Part shown: positions 56,168 through 64,000 of the stretch, piece by piece | Position numbering within the stretch: position 1 is the first letter of the stretch | How the letters are laid out: each line of letters begins with the position of its first letter | DNA from: the human T2T-CHM13v2.0 reference genome, Homo sapiens | Assembly (NCBI RefSeq): GCF_009914755.1 | Contig: NC_060930.1 | Length of the DNA stretch: 64,000 bases | Strand: one strand, 5' to 3' | The notes under the pieces: model-generated | The model's input: only the letters and a program-made list of their open reading frames with translations | Databases searched by the model: none | Told to the model about the DNA's origin: nothing | Program-made: the position numbers and the translations under genes

Positions 56168-56920
56168 AATGATTTTACAGAAAGAAAATCATTTGGTATC
56201 AAGGGGAAAACACGACCAGGACCTTGACTCTAGAGGCTACGTTCCTAAAACAGCAAGCGGGGCAGGAGGGAAGTCCCACGGAGCTTTGGAGCCACAGGAG
56301 AGGCACTTTTATCTCCCTCTTCTGGCAAACTAGGTATGAAAGGGAGAAAGAAATTTCACTCTGAGGTGCGAGCGCCGCCGGACATTTCCTGACGGCTCAG
56401 GTGGGCAGGCTGAGTGCGCGAGCGCCTCACTGGCTTCTCATAGGTACCTGGGTCAGGACGAAGCCACATAGTTCCTCGTGATGAGAAACTCACTTCTGGC
56501 ACCTGTCGAGATGCCAGATTCCATGCCAAGCCCCCGAAGATTCTGACTAGTTTGGCAAAAAATGGGATCTGGCAGGTCCACTTCAAAGCAGCGCCCTCTT
56601 CCTTTTGTTGCCAAAGATCTGAGGACCACACTGCTAAACTGAGCAAGAAACATGCGTGGGTTGGAGATAGAAGTGAGAATAATGAGTTTACAAGCACAGT
56701 ATTACCAACCCCCAAAAACAACCACCACGCTGGGAAAATTCCATATAATGAAACTTAATGTGTTACCTTTGGCTTCTTTGCCATAAGCAAAATATTGGGG
56801 ACGGGGAGTGGATAAGGAAGTAAACTGGGTAGGTGTGTAAATAAGGACGAAAGACTGCACCATTCTTTAGATGACAAAAACAGACGTTTCTGGGAAATAA
56901 GCAAAGGAAGAGCCCCACAA

Positions 56921-56938
56921 GCAGCGGCCTCTGGTGGC
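56921..56938 (-). promoter_or_regulatory. Candidate CTCF site abutting tRNA-His
   Basis: Minus strand GCCACCAGAGGCCGCTGC, close to the CTCF core CCACCAG(A/G)GGGCGC. Confidence 0.55.
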
Positions 56939-56940
56939 GT

Positions 56941-57012
56941 GCCGTGATCGTATAGTGGTTAGTACTCTGCGTTGTGGCCGCAGCAACCTCGGTTCGAATC
57001 CGAGTCACGGCA
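56941..57012 (+). tRNA. TRH-GTG1-5: tRNA-His(GTG)
   Basis: Canonical 72-nt GCCGTGATCGTATAGTGG...GGTTCGAATCCGAGTCACGGCA; G-1 not encoded, as expected; locus name from recall. Confidence 0.96.
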
Positions 57013-57087
57013 GTACCTTGATGTCGCCTCAATTTCTCAACGTACTGAGCAGTACCTTGACGTCGCCTCAATTTTTCAACATACTGG
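57010..57087 (+). repeat. 39-bp tandem duplication of the tRNA-His 3' flank
   Basis: GCAGTACCTTGA(T/C)GTCGCCTCAATTT(C/T)TCAAC(G/A)TACTG twice. Confidence 0.92.
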
Positions 57088-57792
57088 AGTGGAGACAGTC
57101 TCGGAAAAACCCTTGCAAAATTGAATTGACTTACGATCTAATCTGTACACAAAAAACACTAGTATTCATCATGGTGCCCCAACCAGTCAGCCAAGCAGAG
57201 AGTGTCTACGCTTGTTGCCTTGTCTTTTTTTTCCCCTCTCCAAAGATTCTCTTCCCAACCCTACCCAAGCCCTACAGTCTTGTTGGCATTGGCTGTATGT
57301 GAAGAAACTGAGGTAGTTTTTTTTTAATGGAAAACTTTTACTTTCAAACACTGGTAGGCATGAGGAAAGGACTGTTCAAAAGGGGATCCAGGTTTGTTGT
57401 GGAGATCTTTCTTAAAACACAAAAGACAAATTATTAATCACGCGTTTCTAAGTATCCTAGCTGGACCAATGCTGAAAAACTGTAACCTTTGATCGTCTGG
57501 AGAAAATTAAAGAAATTTGAGTAATTGAAGGAATTTGGGTGGGGGGGAATAATGGCCCAGAAGAACAGCCCCCATTTCTAGCCCGTTCAGTTTCTAGAAT
57601 GAGTTCTAAAGAGCCAAGTAGACTGGGTGAGGCGGGAGTGGAGGAGAGCTGATCTGAGATACGGAGGTGGCTGGAAAGAAGTAGTTGGTGCTACCTAGGA
57701 CCAGTAGGAGGTGGCTGGAGACAGGCAGATCCCCAGAGGCGCTTCCATGAGCCCAGTTCTAGTTAGTAGCACAGCACTCTGAGAACACATTA

Positions 57793-58140
<348 letters not shown>

Positions 58141-60530
58141 TTAGCAACTTATCAAAAATTTCAGCAAAAGAGATTTGTTCTTTCCTTCTTGGGGCTAAAA
58201 TAGCCCCCATTTCTTCTCCAACTGTCCATCCAGCTGACATGGATTCTGAAACTCAGAGATATTGTAATTGAGCTGAGCTGCCTTATACTGTAGGATATCA
58301 TCTCTCCAACAGGTCAGGTTCTAGGCCTCTTCTCAGTAATTTAATAGCATTTGTAGTGGTTATTCATGTTCACTTGTATCACATTCTACTTCAATTTTCT
58401 TTTTAGTCTATTTTATCTTGACTCAGTCTTACAAGAGTGAAGACAGGGATCAAGTATGTATTGACCCTAAAGGATCAGTTCTTGTCAATTATTTTGCCAC
58501 AAGTGAATGATAAAACTGCTAAAGCAATAAACATTTTGATCTTGCAATTCTCCAGAACACATTTTCTCAGATCTTACTGGCCTGAGTAGCAGAAATCTAT
58601 GGACTCTGACTCAGAGGCTATCTCTTAGTGAGAGAGCTAGGGTCCTAGATCTATTACAGAATAAAATTGTAGTGACAAGTGAGTAATAGGGCTCAATAAA
58701 ACCCATGCTGTATGATTTGCTCGAAAAGTAGAGAGCTTGCTTGGCGTGTACCATATGATACTCAGTGCAAAGCACATGTTTATCTTAGAGGTGTGAAGTT
58801 CTCTGGTTCACAATAATGTTTTGCAGCTTTGAGTGAGCATTGCTAGAAATCTGGTATAAACAGGGGAATTGTGAGATTAAAAGCTTGCATTTTATGAATG
58901 CACTAATATTGGTATGGAAGTATCTTACACAGTCTGCCAACCACATTTTCAGAAAGAAAACTGTTTTACTCTACCTATGGCATTCATGGTCTTGAAATGA
59001 CTTTTTAATATTTCTATGTTTTATCATTCTCATCTCTCCATGGAAATTAATGAAAGTTACCACCTTCTAAGATTGTTCTAAAGATTTAAGGGTGGTAAAT
59101 GCATGATGGCACTAGCTCAGTAAGGTACAAACAAACAAACAAAATAATAAAATAAGCCATTTTTGGAGCTAAATAAATAAATATCATTGCTACTTAAGTG
59201 GTGGAAGGCCTTCATGCAGTAGTAATATTGCAAAGACTGGTACCAGACTCAGCATCTATTTAACTTGACTACAATCCTGTGCTTCTTTGATGCTGATAAG
59301 GTAGTTCTAACAATAATAAGAAGGGTTTTGTCTGTCCTCAGGATTGAGGCTTATTTGAAGATCTGAGCAAGGCTTTTTATAAGGCGGATGTTGGCCAAAA
59401 TGTTTGCTATGATAGGCCATAAGTTTAGGGAAGACACAGATGTTGTGGGAAAAGGTAGGTTCTAGAAAGAATAGCCCCAAAAGTCAGGGAATCAGGAAAA
59501 GAACTTTCCTTCTAATGTCAGCAGAAATCCGGATGAAACACTTTAAGCAGGGGTTTCGTAGTGTTAATTTCTCTCAAGGGTGCAGCAATCTATCTGTAGC
59601 CACACCACTCCAGCACCTACTTTATGTTGAAATGTCTGCTTGTATCTTGGAAAGATTTCCAAAAGGAGAAACAAAGGGCTTTTCTTCCAGGGTTTTACAC
59701 ATACCAAGATTTATGAAACACCTGTCAGTGAGAAACAGAAGTCGGGGAATACATAACTAAGCTTCACAAAAAACCTCAGCCAATAAAGCTGAAAAATTGG
59801 TATAACCTGGCTTTGTGATTAGCTAGGTAGTGAGTAGAGGCTCATGACCCACAGGAAATAAATCAGAAGCAACACCAGGCTTGGTTAAAAAATAAAAACT
59901 CAACCTCAACCTAAGTAATTTCTCATCTTTCCAGGGTCTTGCATTTTGTGGATGCTTAATGAATGCATATGCAAAGCACCAGGCAGTTATTTAAATATTT
60001 CAGGATATTGGTTTCATCTGCTTTTCCCCATGCTAAGCTGCATTCAGCTAAACATTCCATGACTCCTTCTGCATTCATTAAACTGACAAAGAACCTGAGA
60101 TAAAAGGTCATGCAACTCTGTGAGGCCCAAGTGAGAGGTTCCCACAGCATCCTGTGAGGGCTATCACATTGTACTCTACTTTGTTCTCTACTTCTCTGTA
60201 TCATCCACGCAGTTTTACAATCTATGTGGGTCTAGAAATTGAGTCTATTTTAACCCAGCAGGCAAATGAGCAGAACAAGACTATGACAGAAGCAAAGATA
60301 TCCATCCAGGAGAACTCCCTGTGTACACCTAACTCATTGTTTCTAACAGCAGATCTCCTGTTGAGACCAAAGCTGTCTTTGAAACAGAGGGTCTCAAGGT
60401 GCCTAGTTTGGGTAAGTGGGAAGCAGGGTGACCACAGATCTCCACGACATCACTGTGTCCTCGTCTAGGCTCACTTTCTTGTGCCAGATTAGATAAAATA
60501 GAAGGAAGCATAATGGTTTTACTCAATTGC

Positions 60531-60603
60531 AGTGAATTAGCTCAGAAGGTAGTGTCGTGGGTTCTATAACCCAGCGGTAAAGAGATTGGTTTCCATATCA
60601 CTT
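60531..60603 (+). pseudogene. Possible highly decayed initiator tRNA-Met relic
   Basis: TGGGTTCTATAACCCAGCGGT resembles iMet TGGGCCCATAACCCAGAGGT; A-box-like TAGCTCAGAAGG; ends AGTGA/TCACT can pair; tRNA length; no intact B box. Confidence 0.4.
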
Positions 60604-61084
60604 GTGTTTTTGTTTGTTGTTGGATTTTTTTAGTTGGTTAGTTTGTTTTGGGGTGTTTTTTGTTGTTGTTTTATCTCCCTGTAGAACATAAATTCAATAA
60701 TGGAAGAAAATTTTGCTGTTTTATTCAATGTTCTTTCTCCAATACCTAGAAAAGTACCTGAAATGCAGTAATGACTCAACATTTGTGGACAAAATGAATG
60801 CACGAACAGAGAAATAAATTTAAAATATGTTGCGATATCCAATATTTCCTGTAGGGGGAGATAGTCACCATGAAATAGAAATTTCACTCATTTCAATTTG
60901 AAATAAATTCTGAAATCTTGCATTGAAGAAAAGTATTTTTTTTAGTGTTGGAATTGCTGCTTTGTTGCTGGTTCAGAAACACAGATGTGCTTTCTTTGTC
61001 ACAAAATTAAGTACACTTTTGTCAAATTGATACATTTTACAAAAATGTTATAAATACGATATATCTGAACATATGCCCAACAGG

Positions 61085-61158
61085 GGCCCTGTGGCTTAGC
61101 TGGTCAAAGCGCCTGTCTAGTAAACAGGAGATCCTGGGTTCGAATCCCAGCGGGGCCT
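61085..61158 (+). tRNA. TRT-AGT6-1: tRNA-Thr(AGT)
   Basis: 74-nt cloverleaf GGCCCTGTGGCTTAGCTGG...CTAGTAA...GGTTCGAATCCCAGCGGGGCCT; TTTT terminator about 12 nt downstream; locus name from recall. Confidence 0.94.
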
Positions 61159-62412
61159 TACGTGTTCAATTTTATATTTTCAATAGTATGTTGCAAATAC
61201 ATATGTTGAAAATGCATTAAGGAATTTATAGGTTGTGAAATCCGTATTGAGCGATTAGCACAATTATGGAGAGTCCCTTGCAGGTAACTGCATCACAATA
61301 TGAAAGGGTTGGGATGAAGGGAAAAATTAATAAAGTTTCTGTTGGTAAAAAGCAATGGGTTTGCTGATGACAGGTAAGACTGGGGATATACAAGTTGTAC
61401 AAAAAAAAAATCTTGTAATACATAGTAGAGAGTAACATTTCAAATTCTGTTGTAGACGTTCAGTCTCCAGCCTCTTAACCTTGATAGCCATCATTTTCAG
61501 CTACATGATAGATTTTGATTATCAGTGTCAGGCAAATAATTAATAAGTCATGGCATTTTGTTTGGAGTCTGATTCACTTTGATTTTTGAAAACAAGAGAG
61601 CAACAGTGCAATTTATATTCTCACCATTTCTGTTTTGTATGACCCTAAGAATTGTCTTATTTGTGCATCTAGGATCTAGGGACTCAATGATATCTCGAGG
61701 AAATAAATCACAAATGAATGAAGACTTTCCTGAATCTTAAGTGGCATTGCAGTTCATAAACTAAAGTGTACCCTCTACAGCACTGGCCTACTCATTAGGC
61801 TTCTCAGTTTTATCTAAAGAGATTTCAAATGTTATTATCAGAGTTCTACCAGAGTCATAGTCTTTTCACTGCTGTAAAAGTAGTCCTGCACTGTGCCTGA
61901 AATCATTTATACTTCAGAGTAAATCTGAATTCTGCTTTCTCATTTTATTCATAGCAGTTCTCTCCCACCTACTTTCAAAGGAATGTGAGCAAAAGAGATT
62001 GTCACAAGCCTCAGCTTCACTTCTAAGAAAACTGATATTTAAAGGATCCTGAAAATTGGAATGCTGCTATTGAAAAATTTGTAAACAATTGATTAAGCTA
62101 TGTCTTCAAAGTTTAAGTATAAAAATACAAACTTGAATACTACAGTATTCTCTCCTTCTTGCAAACTAAATTCAAAGAAGGCTGAAAATATCTTAAGATT
62201 TATATATTACATGTCATAGTGTTATTCTTGCTCTACGCTTACTAAAAGCTCAGAGAGGAACAAATATGTTCTCAGGTACATTTCAGTTAAGTGGCCCTAA
62301 ACAACCTGTGTCTGAAATATTAAGTGGAACACACAAATCACATACCAAACTCTCACTACCTGACACCTGTCAGTTACTCCAAACTCAACCTACACATTGA
62401 AAGGAAGCTTCA

Positions 62413-63387
<975 letters not shown>

Positions 63388-64000
63388 ACTTGAAAATAAA
63401 ATATCTGACAGTTTATGAGCAGTAGCTTTGGTTTTTAAAGATATCGATTTATAAATCAAATCTTGAAATATGATGTTTTAATGACTTTTTAAATAATTTT
63501 CTGTACTCTAGAGCAGGCAGAACATTCTTCACACAGAGCATTTCATCTCAAAAGCTTTCTGCTGTTTGTTTTAATTCTCCGGTGGCCATCAATTCACTTC
63601 TCAGAAGACTAATATTTAAAGGACCACGCGAATTGGAATGCTGCTATTGAAAACCTTATAAGGAATTGATTAAACTGTGTCTTCAAGGTTTAAGTACCTA
63701 AAAATACAAACTTGGCATGCTTGTTCCATTAGCAAACCATCCCAACACATATTTTTATTTGTATTTATTATTAGTATATATTTGATATTAAACAAGATGC
63801 AATAAGCCATAATTTCAGTTATTTATTTAAATGTTAACTTAGTCACAACTTTACTTTGTTCATTTGAATCTAGCATTTCTAGGCCAGTGGTTTACAATTG
63901 GAGATTTGCATCACTTACCTATGGAGTTTTATTAATATGCAAATATTTTAGGACCTACTCCAAGCTTACCAAATCTCCGTTTGACATTATTAATATATTT

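Overview
Human/primate genomic DNA recognisable as part of the chromosome 6p22 histone (HIST1) and tRNA gene region. It has five intact, intronless replication-dependent histone genes: two divergent H2B/H2A pairs (H2BC11/H2AC11 and H2BC12/H2AC12) with H4C9 between them, each with its 3' stem-loop. It also contains an H3 gene fragment, the MIR3143 hairpin, three tRNA genes (a degenerate Val-CAC, His-GTG, Thr-AGT) and two U2 snRNA pseudogenes. The rest is a dense background of Alu, L1, MaLR, ERV1/ERVL LTR and hAT elements, including a decayed ERV1 provirus at about 8.8-14.9 kb. The most notable less obvious observations are: a perfect histone 3' stem-loop in the ERV leader with no histone ORF attached; splice donors just past both H2B stop codons that can skip the stem-loop to distal poly(A) exons (one inside an LTR); a PRY/SPRY (B30.2) exon relic; a MER41 LTR with an intact GAS site; and a duplicated 3' trailer that moves the tRNA-His terminator. 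Gene and repeat names come from recognition, not database searches. Repeat boundaries are approximate.
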